This document shows, piece by piece, positions 31,429-40,718 of a stretch of DNA of 64,000 nucleotides; position 1 is the first letter of the stretch, and the number at the start of each line of letters is the position of its first letter. Under the pieces are notes generated by a model, which ran no database searches, had not been told where the DNA came from, and saw nothing but the letters and a program-made list of their open reading frames with translations. The translations under genes were made by a program, and so were the position numbers. This DNA is from Longimicrobiales bacterium (GTDB lineage Bacteria; Gemmatimonadota; Gemmatimonadetes; Longimicrobiales; Gaopeijiaceae). Where the stretch lies: positions 1 through 64,000 of the forward strand of contig CBDCKN010000005.1 of assembly GCA_965218295.1 (NCBI GenBank), in the 5' to 3' direction.

Positions 31429-32004
31429 CTATAGCGCCAAGAAGTTGGCCAGCAGCGTCTTGCCGTGCTCGGAGAAAAGCGACTCGGGATGGAACTGGAC
31501 GCCCCACAACGGGTGCTCCCGGTGCCGGATGGCCTGAACCTCCGAAGAATCGCCCTCGGCCCCACTCCAGGCCACTGGTACGAGCTCCCCGGGCAGGGCG
31601 GACGCATCCGTAACGAGTGAGTGGTAACGGGCCACGGTAAAGGGAGAAGGGATGCCGACGAAGATCCCCTCGCCGGTGTGCCACACCGGTGCGGTCTTGC
31701 CGTGCATGACCCGATCGGCCCGAACGGTCTCCCCGCCGAACGCCTCGCCCAGGGCCTGGTGACCGAGGCAGACCCCCAGCATGGGGGTGGACGGCCCCAG
31801 GCTACGGAACAGCTCGATGCTCACGCCGGCCTCCTCCGGGGTGCACGGACCCGGAGAGATCACGACCCGAGACGGCGATAGCTCCATGATCTCCGCAACG
31901 GATCGCTCGTCGTTGCGTATCACGACGACGTCCGCTCCAAGCTCGCCCAGGTATTGGACCAGATTGAACGTGAAGGAGTCGTAGTTGTCGAGCACGAGTA
32001 GCAT
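31429..32004 (-). CDS. Anthranilate/aminodeoxychorismate synthase component II (TrpG/PabA)
   Basis: DNYDSFTFNL, ISPGPCTP, GVCLGHQ, RYHSL, QFHPES. Confidence 0.95.
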   Translation of the reverse strand: MLLVLDNYDSFTFNLVQYLGELGADVVVIRNDERSVAEIMELSPSRVVISPGPCTPEEAGVSIELFRSLGPSTPMLGVCLGHQALGEAFGGETVRADRVMHGKTAPVWHTGEGIFVGIPSPFTVARYHSLVTDASALPGELVPVAWSGAEGDSSEVQAIRHREHPLWGVQFHPESLFSEHGKTLLANFLAL

Positions 32005-32204
32005 GGACGCACGTCCATTGCAGAAGATCCAGTGCCGGCCAAGTTGGAGATCCTGGCGCGCGAAGGCCAGCCCCTTCGCCTGCCTCGGGCCGTCCTATCT
32101 CCCCTGGCAATGGAATAAACCGGCTCGTCTACTCGTAACTGGGCACGGTGATCGGTGTATCGAAGATATACCTCGGGTCCACTTTCGGCCTACGGAGCTC
32201 TCCG

Positions 32205-33245
32205 CTGTTCACGTACTGCCTGGTCTGCCACACGCCCTTCTCCGCCAACGAGGAGCTCGAACACTTTCCGACCTCCATGCGGGTGGCGTACGACCCCGAG
32301 CGCGGCCGGCTGTGGGCCGTCTGCAGGTCATGCAAGCGCTGGTCCTTGGCACCCATCGAAGAGCGCTGGGAGGCCCTCGAGGAGCTCGAGAAGGTCGTGA
32401 CCGACCGCTCTCGTCGCTCTCGTCTTCTCTCCCAGACGGACAACGTGGCGCTTCTTCGCGTCGGGCACCTCGACGTGGTCCGTGTGGGCAGGGCAAATCT
32501 CACCGAGGAGGCCTGGTGGCGGTACGGCCGGGAGCTCACCGAGCGCGCCACCAAGCACAAGAAGCTAATGTTCATAGGCACCGCGGCGGCCGGTGCGGCC
32601 ATCGCCGGGGGGTGGGCCACCGGGGGAATAGGGTGGCTGGGTGCCTGGTTTCTGTGGGAGAATGCGCCCGACCGGGTCGCCGAGGCCGCCCGCTGGCTTC
32701 GCTTCGGGGGCAGCGCGTGGCGTGGTCGACACGACTGCGCCCGATGCGGACACCAGTTCCGCTCGCTGGCCTATCGGGACCGGGGGGGTCTGATCCTCAC
32801 GGCGGGTAGAGACCCGGGTGATTCACTGGCTGTGACCCAGCGGTGTCCTGTGTGCGGGGATCTTCGCGAGGGTGGGCTGCGACTGGAGGGTAAGGAGGGC
32901 GAGCACGTCTCCCGGCGCCTCCTGGCCTATCACCACCACACCGGCGCCACGGAGGGACGTGTGCGCTCAGCGACTCGACTGATCCAGGAAGCCGGCAGCC
33001 CCCACGACCTGACCCGCATCGTGGTCAAGCAGGGGCGTCGCCTGGGTGACCTGCAGAGGACCGGCGCCATCGCCCTCGAAATCGCTGCTAACGAGGCGGT
33101 GGAGCAGCGACTCCTCGAGCTCGAGCTGGCGGAGTTGGAGGCCCACTGGCTGGAAGAGGAGGAGCTGGCCTCCATCATCGACGGTGAGCTCACTCCCTTG
33201 CCAGTCCTCGAGAGCATACGGCGGAAGGTGATCGGCGTCGGCTAG
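32205..33245 (+). CDS. Hypothetical protein with four CxxC motifs and a central hydrophobic segment
   Basis: CLVC, CRSC, CARC, CPVC; start uncertain (GTG 32148, or CTG 32205 after GGAG). Confidence 0.7.
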   Translation: MFTYCLVCHTPFSANEELEHFPTSMRVAYDPERGRLWAVCRSCKRWSLAPIEERWEALEELEKVVTDRSRRSRLLSQTDNVALLRVGHLDVVRVGRANLTEEAWWRYGRELTERATKHKKLMFIGTAAAGAAIAGGWATGGIGWLGAWFLWENAPDRVAEAARWLRFGGSAWRGRHDCARCGHQFRSLAYRDRGGLILTAGRDPGDSLAVTQRCPVCGDLREGGLRLEGKEGEHVSRRLLAYHHHTGATEGRVRSATRLIQEAGSPHDLTRIVVKQGRRLGDLQRTGAIALEIAANEAVEQRLLELELAELEAHWLEEEELASIIDGELTPLPVLESIRRKVIGVG

Positions 33246-33256
33246 TGCGGACACTA

Positions 33257-33343
33257 GTGTCCCGCTGCCAAAGTGTCTCGGCCAGTCGAGGGCACGGTGC
33301 ATCCGACCCTCTTGGTGGCTCGCGAACTTCGGCAACGGAACAC
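33257..33343. mobile_element. IS630-type MITE, longest copy (87 bp), flanked by TA
   Basis: 18-bp TIRs GTGTCCCGCTGCCAAAGT / GTGTTCCGTTGCCGAAGT (15/18); TA at 33255-56 and 33344-45; related copies at 36925, 37877 and 62597. Confidence 0.8.
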
Positions 33344-35136
33344 TAGTAGTCCACCGGGCGGAGATAGAATTCCCCGATGGCGCTGGACGAGAGCATGGCC
33401 ACGGTGGGTAGCTCCCTCTTCCAGTGCGTCGACGAGAGGAGCCGCCATACACGGTCGACCTCCTCTTCGAGGAAGCCGTAGTCCTTGAGCTCCTCCGGGC
33501 GGTACCCCTTGAGAAGCCAGTGCAGGATGGGGTCTGCCCGGTGGTAGGAGATGCCCAGCTCGTCCTCGTCATTGACGCCCCGAACCGAGTCGGCAGAGGC
33601 CGGCTTGTCCACGATGAGGTCGGGCACGCCGAGATGGCGCGCGAGGGCCCATACCTGGGTCTTGAAGAGATCCCCCAGCGGGTTGATGGGAGGGGAGTCG
33701 TCGGCGTGCCACGTGTAGTAGCCCAGCAACCGCTCCGACTTGTTGCCTGTGCCGAGGGGCAGCGCCCGTAGCTTGGCTGATTGGTCGAATAGGATCACCG
33801 AACGGAGACGCGCAGCCAGATTTCCCCTCCGGAGGGGTGAGAGATCTGGCTCGTACTCCTGAACGTACGCGTTCACCGCCCCTGTGATCTCGATTGTGCG
33901 ACCTTCCGCTCCGGAAGCCTCTAACATGAGGGCCGCGTGATCCAGGCTCTCGACGCTCGAGGTGGCGTAGGGCATCCGGAACCCCACCACGTTCTCAGGG
34001 CCGAGTGCGCGAACGGCAAGACAGAGGGAGACGCTGGAATCCACGCCCCCGGAGAGCCCGATGACGACTTTCTCGAATCCCCGGTGGCGCACCACCTCTT
34101 CGCGGATGAACTCGAGGAGCACTCTCTCCACGAGTTCCATGTCGAGATCGAGGATCGAAGTGTCATCAGGGCTGACGGGCGGGTGGACCGTGACGCCCGA
34201 CGACTCCATGACCGGCGCCTCACCCGGCTCTTCCGCAGCCACCCCGATGGTGACCTCGGGTTCCTGGGAGCGGGTCAGCGCTTTCTGGAGGTGGGGCAGT
34301 GCTTGCTCGAGGTCGGCCAGCAAAGGCGACTTCACCCTAGCCCTGTCGATCGCCGCCCACTCCAGGGACGCCACCGTGACGCCCTCCTCCAAAAGAGGTC
34401 CCCGGGCAAGGACTTCGCCGTCGGGTCCCACTGCCAAGGATCCTCCAGGAAAGACCTTTCCGCCTTCTGACCCCGCGAGTTGGCTCACCACCACGAAGAC
34501 CCCGTGCTCCCGCGCGGCGGCCGGTGCCAGGGCGTCCCACCGCCGGAGGTTGTGTGGGCGGCCCTCACTGTTGGGCGTGAAGTCCCGCGCGGGTGAGGCG
34601 CTCACGGCGATGATCACCTCGGCGCCGCCCAAGGCGAGGATTGTCGGCGGCAGCGAGTGCCACATCTCCTCACAGATGAGCATGCCCACGCGTCCGAGCC
34701 TGGTGTCGAAGGCGCGTACATCCCCACCGGGCTCCACGAAGCGAGCCTCGTCGAAGACGCCGTATGTGGGAATGAACATCTTGCGATGGATGTGTACGGG
34801 CTCGTAAGCGGCCTCCCCCGGGCTGAAGTATCCTACGCTGTTGTAGAGCCTTCTCTGGTGTCTCTCGTAGAAGCCGAGGACCACGTCCGGCGCGTCCGGA
34901 GTCGGTTCACCCAGACCTCCAGCCACCTCGGCGGCGGACCGTGCCGCTTCGGCCACCCCTCCTTCGAGGAAGTAGCCGCTCAAGGCGGCTTCGGGGAACA
35001 CAAGCAGATCGACCGCCCCGGCGTAGCTGCCCACAACCTCACGGATCCCCGCCAGATTGGCCTCCACGGCGGCTTTCTTGGGCTTGAACTGGGCCAGGCC
35101 CACGTTGAGATGGGTTCGCCCGTCCGGTTGTATCAT
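33343..35136 (-). CDS. nadE: Glutamine-dependent NAD+ synthetase (nitrilase-like domain fused to synthetase domain)
   Basis: FPEA, HRK, ICEEMW (E-K-C triad); GLSGGVDS, GNLAARLR, TGNKSE, LFKTQV. Confidence 0.92.
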   Translation of the reverse strand: MIQPDGRTHLNVGLAQFKPKKAAVEANLAGIREVVGSYAGAVDLLVFPEAALSGYFLEGGVAEAARSAAEVAGGLGEPTPDAPDVVLGFYERHQRRLYNSVGYFSPGEAAYEPVHIHRKMFIPTYGVFDEARFVEPGGDVRAFDTRLGRVGMLICEEMWHSLPPTILALGGAEVIIAVSASPARDFTPNSEGRPHNLRRWDALAPAAAREHGVFVVVSQLAGSEGGKVFPGGSLAVGPDGEVLARGPLLEEGVTVASLEWAAIDRARVKSPLLADLEQALPHLQKALTRSQEPEVTIGVAAEEPGEAPVMESSGVTVHPPVSPDDTSILDLDMELVERVLLEFIREEVVRHRGFEKVVIGLSGGVDSSVSLCLAVRALGPENVVGFRMPYATSSVESLDHAALMLEASGAEGRTIEITGAVNAYVQEYEPDLSPLRRGNLAARLRSVILFDQSAKLRALPLGTGNKSERLLGYYTWHADDSPPINPLGDLFKTQVWALARHLGVPDLIVDKPASADSVRGVNDEDELGISYHRADPILHWLLKGYRPEELKDYGFLEEEVDRVWRLLSSTHWKRELPTVAMLSSSAIGEFYLRPVDY

Positions 35137-35296
35137 CGGCGGCGCCTCCCGGGACGTCGACGTAGAAAGGTGTTTTCGGAAAAGGTAAGGAGTCTGGCGC
35201 CTAAGTCGTAGGCCTATCTTCGTGAGGGAACGAGGGCTACGGCGTGGGGTTAGACACGCGGCCCCGAAAAACGTCGCATCCATTGAGTGAGAATCG

Positions 35297-36925
35297 ATGA
35301 ATCGGAAGACGCTCATCGGCCTCCTGTCGGCCGTTCTCGTAGCTTTGCCCGCAGCCGCCCAATCCTCCGAGAACACTGGGTCGACACGAGACGGCGGACA
35401 AGAATCTGTCTCCACTGGGGCTCAAACGTTCCTGGGCGCTTTCCAGGCCATTCGTGACTACGGTCTCCAGGCCATGGGAGACTCGGCTCTGTGGGACCGG
35501 GCCGTGGACGGCCTGATCCGCGAGCTGGACGATCCCTACGCTCAAGTCTTCACGCCCGAGCAGTTCGACGACTTCCAGGAGAGCAACACCGGCAACTACG
35601 CCGGCATCGGCGTGCAGATCATCAACCTCAACGAGGCCATCACGATCACGGCGGTCTTCCGGGGTACGCCGGCGGAGCGGGCGGGGCTGCAGGTCGGGGA
35701 CCTCATCATCGGGGTGAACGGCCAGAGCACCGAGGGCTGGACTACCGGGGTGGCGTCGGACTCCATCCGCGGTAAGGTGGGCACGTCCGTCAGGCTGGCC
35801 ATCGCCCGGCAAGGCCTGACGGCACCCCTGACCCCGGCCATCCGCCGTGACAGCGTTCACGTTTCGGCCGTGGTGTCGGGTCTGGTGAGCTCCGACGTGG
35901 GCTACATCGGCCTCGACCGGGTAGCTCGAGGGGCTTCCCAGGAGATCGATTCGGCCCTCGCGAAGTTCAGATCGGCGCGGGGCGTGATTCTCGACCTTAG
36001 AGGGAATCCGGGGGGCTACCTCGACGAGTCCCTCCTGATCGGCGACCTGTTCCTGGAGAGGGGCGCCCGTCTCGCGAGTGCGGAGAGCCGTGTTCCGGGG
36101 GAGAAGGGCCGTAATCAGGACGAGGTTTGGGATGCCCGTATGCCGGAGAGGATTCCCGGCAAGCCGATCATCGTGCTCGTCGACCGCTTCTCCGCCTCAG
36201 CGGCCGAGATTGTGGCCGGGGCGCTTCAGGACCATGATCGGGCTCTGGTCATCGGTGAGCGGACGTTCGGCAAGGGCGTCTTCCAGAACGTCTTCCGGAT
36301 CACCGAGAAGCGGCATCTGCGCCTCACGACCGGAGAGTGGTTCACACCGCTGGGTCGATCTCTCCACCGTCCCCGGACCGTGCAGGGACGCCCCATTCCG
36401 GAGAACCCGGATACGTTCCCCGTGGTGACGACGAAGGCCGGCCGCGAGCTGATCGCCGGAGGAGGGATCTTCCCGGATCTGGAGATTGCCAACGATACCC
36501 TGACGCTGGCCGAGCGTCAGTTCATCTCTCAGGCCGCCCGTGATCAGATACCCCTTGTCCTGCGGATCGAGGAATTCGCCTTCGCAGAGGCCGACGCTCG
36601 CCGTGACGCCGGCGAGGAGCCCGGGGTCGATCCGGTGGAGTTCGAGGCCTTTCTCGACGCACTCTCGGAAGAGGGGGTTGAGGAAAACATCGAGGATCCG
36701 ACGATCCGTAAGTACCTGGAGTGGCGCGTGGCTGTGCGGGTCGCCGAGCGCATGGAGCGGATGGGCCGCTCCATGGAGATCCGGTCGCAGCGCGACCCGG
36801 TTCTTGCCGAAGCGATTCGGCTCTTGGGCGACGCTCGCACCCAGTCCGACCTCTTCGCCACCGAGGACCTGGAGGGGGACAAGGACGGCGATGCCGGGGA
36901 GAACCCACGGGGGAGTGGGAGTTAG
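35297..36925 (+). CDS. Carboxyl-terminal processing protease (S41A, PDZ domain)
   Basis: Signal peptide; LDDPY, GIGVQI, TPAERAGL, LDLRGNPGG, SASAAEIVAGALQD, TFGKG. Confidence 0.95.
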   Translation: MNRKTLIGLLSAVLVALPAAAQSSENTGSTRDGGQESVSTGAQTFLGAFQAIRDYGLQAMGDSALWDRAVDGLIRELDDPYAQVFTPEQFDDFQESNTGNYAGIGVQIINLNEAITITAVFRGTPAERAGLQVGDLIIGVNGQSTEGWTTGVASDSIRGKVGTSVRLAIARQGLTAPLTPAIRRDSVHVSAVVSGLVSSDVGYIGLDRVARGASQEIDSALAKFRSARGVILDLRGNPGGYLDESLLIGDLFLERGARLASAESRVPGEKGRNQDEVWDARMPERIPGKPIIVLVDRFSASAAEIVAGALQDHDRALVIGERTFGKGVFQNVFRITEKRHLRLTTGEWFTPLGRSLHRPRTVQGRPIPENPDTFPVVTTKAGRELIAGGGIFPDLEIANDTLTLAERQFISQAARDQIPLVLRIEEFAFAEADARRDAGEEPGVDPVEFEAFLDALSEEGVEENIEDPTIRKYLEWRVAVRVAERMERMGRSMEIRSQRDPVLAEAIRLLGDARTQSDLFATEDLEGDKDGDAGENPRGSGS

Positions 36926-36965
36926 TGTCCCGTTACCAAAGTGTCTGGCCAGCCGAGGGTCCGGC
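36925..36965 (+). mobile_element. IS630-type MITE, left-end fragment
   Basis: TA|gtgtcccgttaccaaagtgtctggccagccgaggg matches the 33257 and 62597 left ends; TA+G is the S41 protease stop codon. Confidence 0.75.
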
Positions 36966-36971
36966 GTCTCG

Positions 36972-37871
36972 TCAGGACCGGGGGTGATACTTCTTGTGAA
37001 CGCTCCGTAGGTACTCTCGATCCAGGTGGGTATAGATCTGCGTTGTCGAGATGTCGGCGTGACCCAATAGCTCCTGCACGGCCACAAGGTCCGCGCCGCC
37101 TTCAAGGAGATGTGTGGCGAAAGTGTGGCGAAGCGTGTGGGGTGAGACCTTCTTGCTGAGACCCGCGGCCCGGGCCGCTTCTCGAACCAGATTCCAGATC
37201 GCCGTGCGGGAAAGGGAACGACCCTTCCGATTAAGGAATACGTGCCCCCCGCTCCTCCCCCGGTCCAGCTCGAGCCACACGTCCTGCAGGTAGCGTCGCA
37301 AGGCCACCCGAGCCGGCCCTCCCAGCGGCACCATGCGCTCTTTGGCCCCCTTCCCCGACACGGTACACAGGCCGATCTCCAGATCGAGATTCGCGAGCTT
37401 CAGGCCGATGAGCTCTGAGACGCGTACGCCCGTAGCGTAGAGCACCTCGAGGATGGCCTTGTCCCGCCAGTAAACCGGAGAATCGAGTCGAGGGGCCTCC
37501 AGAAGGCTCAGGACCTCCTCGGAGCCGAGGACGTCGGGTAGGGGCCGGCCCACCTTCGGGCTCTCAAGCCCTTCGGTGGGATCCTGATCCGATATGCCCT
37601 CTTCCAGCAGGAAGCCGAAGTAGGTTCGAAGGGCCGACTGGGCCCGGCGCACGGAGGTAGGCGCCAGGCCCAAGCCACTGAGGTGGAGCACGTAGGCCCG
37701 AACGTCCGCCGACGTGACGCTCTCCGGGTCACTCCTCCCTTCTCCCCCGGCAAACTCCACGAATCGCAGAAGATCCCGGCGGTAGGCGTCTATCGTTCGC
37801 GGAGACAGGCCCCGTTCGAAGTTGAGGTGGTCCAGGTACTGCTCGACTCGGAAGGCGCCGCCCGGATCCAA
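36972..37871 (-). CDS. xerD: Tyrosine recombinase XerD
   Basis: ERGLSPRTIDAYRRDL, LYATGVRVSEL, GKGAKERMVP, SPHTLRHTFATHLLEGGADL, VQELLGHADISTTQIYTH; TTG start gives 299 aa. Confidence 0.88.
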   Translation of the reverse strand: MDPGGAFRVEQYLDHLNFERGLSPRTIDAYRRDLLRFVEFAGGEGRSDPESVTSADVRAYVLHLSGLGLAPTSVRRAQSALRTYFGFLLEEGISDQDPTEGLESPKVGRPLPDVLGSEEVLSLLEAPRLDSPVYWRDKAILEVLYATGVRVSELIGLKLANLDLEIGLCTVSGKGAKERMVPLGGPARVALRRYLQDVWLELDRGRSGGHVFLNRKGRSLSRTAIWNLVREAARAAGLSKKVSPHTLRHTFATHLLEGGADLVAVQELLGHADISTTQIYTHLDREYLRSVHKKYHPRS

Positions 37872-37873
37872 GG

Positions 37874-38548
37874 CTAGTGTCCCGTTTCCGAAGTTCGCGA
37901 GCCACCACTCGAAGCCGCGGCATGATCCTTGGTCCTTTCGCCGCGGCGTCTTCTTCGGGATCGGAGCCACCAGAGCGCTACGGTCCCGAAGAGGACTATT
38001 GCGATGCCCGCCAGCGTCATGTTCACCCGGGACTGGAGTGCCAGGATGTACTCCAGGTTGTGACCGGCGAAGGCCCCCGCCCACACGAGGGCCCCATACC
38101 AGATCGCGGAGGCCGTAAGCAGGGGAACGGCCACCAGTAGGGGCTTTTGGTGCGATACGCCCGCGAAGACGGGCACGACTGCCCTCAGACCAGGGAGGAA
38201 TCGGGTGTAGAAGATGGCCAGAGTGCCCCAGCGGCGATAAAACCGTTCGACGGTCTGCAGCTGCCCGGGATCCAGTACGTAACGGCCCAGGCGGGTCCGA
38301 AAGAACGTGGAGCCGTAGCGGTATCCTGCCGCGTAGACTGCCAGCGCCGACAGCACGTTCGAGGTCCAGGTGACCAGGAAGACGGCTCCTTCACTGGCCT
38401 GCCCCCGAGCTGCCAGGAACCCTCCAAGGAGAACGAACGTGTCCGCCGGAATAGGGGGGATGATGTTCTCGAGGGCTGCTCCAACCCCGAGCAGAGCGTA
38501 GATGATGAATGGGGACGTTTGGTCCAGGAGGCCTAGGATCTGGTCCAC
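37874..38548 (-). CDS. DedA-family membrane protein
   Basis: LENIIPPIPAD, RFLPGLR; last codons come from a MITE end. Confidence 0.9.
   Translation of the reverse strand: MDQILGLLDQTSPFIIYALLGVGAALENIIPPIPADTFVLLGGFLAARGQASEGAVFLVTWTSNVLSALAVYAAGYRYGSTFFRTRLGRYVLDPGQLQTVERFYRRWGTLAIFYTRFLPGLRAVVPVFAGVSHQKPLLVAVPLLTASAIWYGALVWAGAFAGHNLEYILALQSRVNMTLAGIAIVLFGTVALWWLRSRRRRRGERTKDHAAASSGGSRTSETGH
37877..37907 (-). mobile_element. IS630-type MITE, right-end fragment (inverted)
   Basis: gtgtcccgtttccgaagttcgcgagccacca is the reverse complement of the 33257-33343 right end with 2 mismatches. Confidence 0.75.
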
Positions 38549-38563
38549 TTCCTCAACAGGCCT

Positions 38564-39073
38564 CTACAGCGTGCCCCTGTGGTCCCCGGGGGCGCCCTCT
38601 CCAGCGGCTGTGAGGAGCGCCACCGCGTGGACGGCCACCCCCTCCCCGGAGCCGATCCATCCCATGCCCTCGTTAGTCTTCCCCTTGATGGAGATGGCGT
38701 CGGTGGGAAGCCGGAGCACGTTCCCGAGTCGTCGTCGCATGGAGTCGGAGTGGGGCGCAATTTTGGGCCGCTCGCAGATGACCGTGACGTCCACGTTGGA
38801 AATCCGATAGTCCCGCTCATCGAGAATCGCCACGGCACGGGCCAGCAGCTCCATGGAATCGGCATCCTTCCACTCGGGCTCGTCAGGGGGAAAGTGCCGC
38901 CCGATATCACCCGCTGCCGCCGCACCGAGGAGAGCGTCCACGATGGCGTGGGCCACCGCGTCACCGTCGGAGTGTCCGGCAAGGCCCGGGTGATCCGGGA
39001 TCTCGACGCCACCCAACACCAACGGACGGGCCTCGTCGAAGCGATGTGAGTCGTATCCGAAGCCGATCCTCAT
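38564..39073 (-). CDS. ispF: 2-C-methyl-D-erythritol 2,4-cyclodiphosphate synthase
   Basis: MRIGFGYDSH, GHSDGD, GDIGRHFP, KGKTNEGMG. Confidence 0.96.
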   Translation of the reverse strand: MRIGFGYDSHRFDEARPLVLGGVEIPDHPGLAGHSDGDAVAHAIVDALLGAAAAGDIGRHFPPDEPEWKDADSMELLARAVAILDERDYRISNVDVTVICERPKIAPHSDSMRRRLGNVLRLPTDAISIKGKTNEGMGWIGSGEGVAVHAVALLTAAGEGAPGDHRGTL

Positions 39074-39109
39074 GGTGCCTCCCATCGGATCTTCGAACCC
39101 CGGGCCGGC

Positions 39110-40378
39110 CTACTCCCCGTTCCAGGCCCGGATGGCCAGACAGACGTTATGTCCGCCGAATCCGAAGGAGTTCGTAAGGGCCACCGAGACGTCACGCTCC
39201 ACGACCCCGTGCTGGGCGTAGTCGAGGTCGCAGTCCGGATCCGGCTCGGAGTAGTTGATAGTCGGGGGGATCAGTCCCTTCTGGCACACGAGCGCGGAGA
39301 TCACGGCCTCCACTCCTCCCGCGGCCCCGAGAAGGTGCCCCGTCATGGACTTGGTCGAGCTCACCACGGTCGAGTAGGCGGCCTCGCCCAGGACTTCTTT
39401 GATGGCCGCCGTCTCGTTCCGGTCATTGGCCTGGGTCGAGGTTCCGTGAGCGTTGATATAGTCGACGCTCTCGGGCGCCACTCCAGCATCTTCCAGAGCC
39501 ATGCGCATGGCGTACTGCGCACCCGCGCCCTCGGGAGCGGGCATGGTGATGTGGTAGGCATCGGCGGACACGCCGTATCCGACAACCTCGGCCACGATGG
39601 GTGCGCCCCTCGCCACTGCGATCTCCAGAGCCTCGAGCACCACGCAGCCGGCTCCCTCACCGATCACGAAACCGTCGCGTCCGGCGTCGAAGGGACGCGA
39701 AGCGCCTTCCGGGTCGTCGTTCCGCCTGGACAAGGCCTTCATGTTGGCGAATCCCGACATGGCCAGAGGAGTGATAGTGGCCTCGGCGCCCCCGGCGATC
39801 ATCACGTCGGCGTCGCCCCGCTCGATGAACCTGAAGGCATCTCCGATGGCGTGAGCGCTGGAGGCACAGGCCGAGACCGTAGCGTAGTTCGGGCCCTTGG
39901 CCCCGTATCGGATGGAGATCAGGCCTGCGGCAATGTCGGGTATGAACATCGGGATGAAGAAGGGACTCACCCTCTTGGGCCCCTTCTGATTCATCACATC
40001 GTGCTGAGCCTCCAGAGTCGAGATCCCACCGATCCCGCTCCCGAAGATCACGCCGAACCGCTCCGGCTGGATATCGGTCGCTACCGCGTCCAGCCCCGCC
40101 CCATTTACGGCCTCGTCGGCCGCGGATATGCCGAGCTGGGCAAAGCGGTCGAACCGTCGAATTTCCTTCGAATCCAGGAGGTGGGACGGGTCGAAGTCCT
40201 TCACCTCACAGGCGATCCGGGTGGGAAACTCGTCGGTGGTCTCGAAGCAGGTGATGAGGGCCCCACCGCTCTTCCCGGCCAACAGGGCGTCCCAGGTTGA
40301 GGCGACGTCGTTACCTACGGGAGTAACCGCGCCTAGGCCGGTGATGACGACTCTCCGACCGCCGGTGGACGGTGTCAT
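39110..40378 (-). CDS. fabF: Beta-ketoacyl-ACP synthase II
   Basis: RVVITGLG, SACASS, YINAHGTST, KSMTGHLLGAAG, NSFGFGG. Confidence 0.96.
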   Translation of the reverse strand: MTPSTGGRRVVITGLGAVTPVGNDVASTWDALLAGKSGGALITCFETTDEFPTRIACEVKDFDPSHLLDSKEIRRFDRFAQLGISAADEAVNGAGLDAVATDIQPERFGVIFGSGIGGISTLEAQHDVMNQKGPKRVSPFFIPMFIPDIAAGLISIRYGAKGPNYATVSACASSAHAIGDAFRFIERGDADVMIAGGAEATITPLAMSGFANMKALSRRNDDPEGASRPFDAGRDGFVIGEGAGCVVLEALEIAVARGAPIVAEVVGYGVSADAYHITMPAPEGAGAQYAMRMALEDAGVAPESVDYINAHGTSTQANDRNETAAIKEVLGEAAYSTVVSSTKSMTGHLLGAAGGVEAVISALVCQKGLIPPTINYSEPDPDCDLDYAQHGVVERDVSVALTNSFGFGGHNVCLAIRAWNGE

Positions 40379-40411
40379 GCTCGAATGTCCTGCAGGTTTA
40401 TGCGGGGGGGC

Positions 40412-40651
40412 CTACTCAGCGTTCTTCTTGATGTAGGCGATCGCGTCCGCCACGGTCCTCATCTGCTCCGCGTCCTCGTCGGGAATGTCGATGGTGAACT
40501 CCTCCTCGAAGGCCATCACCAGCTCCACCGTGTCGAGGGAATCGGCTCCGAGATCGTCCACGAACGACGCCTCCCCTGTGACCTTTTCCGGATCGACGCC
40601 CAGCTCGTTAGTGATGATCTCCTTGACCTTCGATGCCGTGTTGTCAGCCAT
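40412..40651 (-). CDS. acpP: Acyl carrier protein
   Basis: [20 protein letters not shown]. Confidence 0.97.
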   Translation of the reverse strand: MADNTASKVKEIITNELGVDPEKVTGEASFVDDLGADSLDTVELVMAFEEEFTIDIPDEDAEQMRTVADAIAYIKKNAE

Positions 40652-40718
40652 GGTGCCTCCGTAAAGGTGAGTATTTCCTGCCGTGCAGTAGAATTGAAAT
40701 ATCGGGAGCCGGCCTCCC

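Noticed and set aside
36922..37907. Composite transposon or prophage integrase module carrying the recombinase
   Set aside because: The two MITE ends are in direct orientation, and the protein has housekeeping XerD motifs in a core-gene context.
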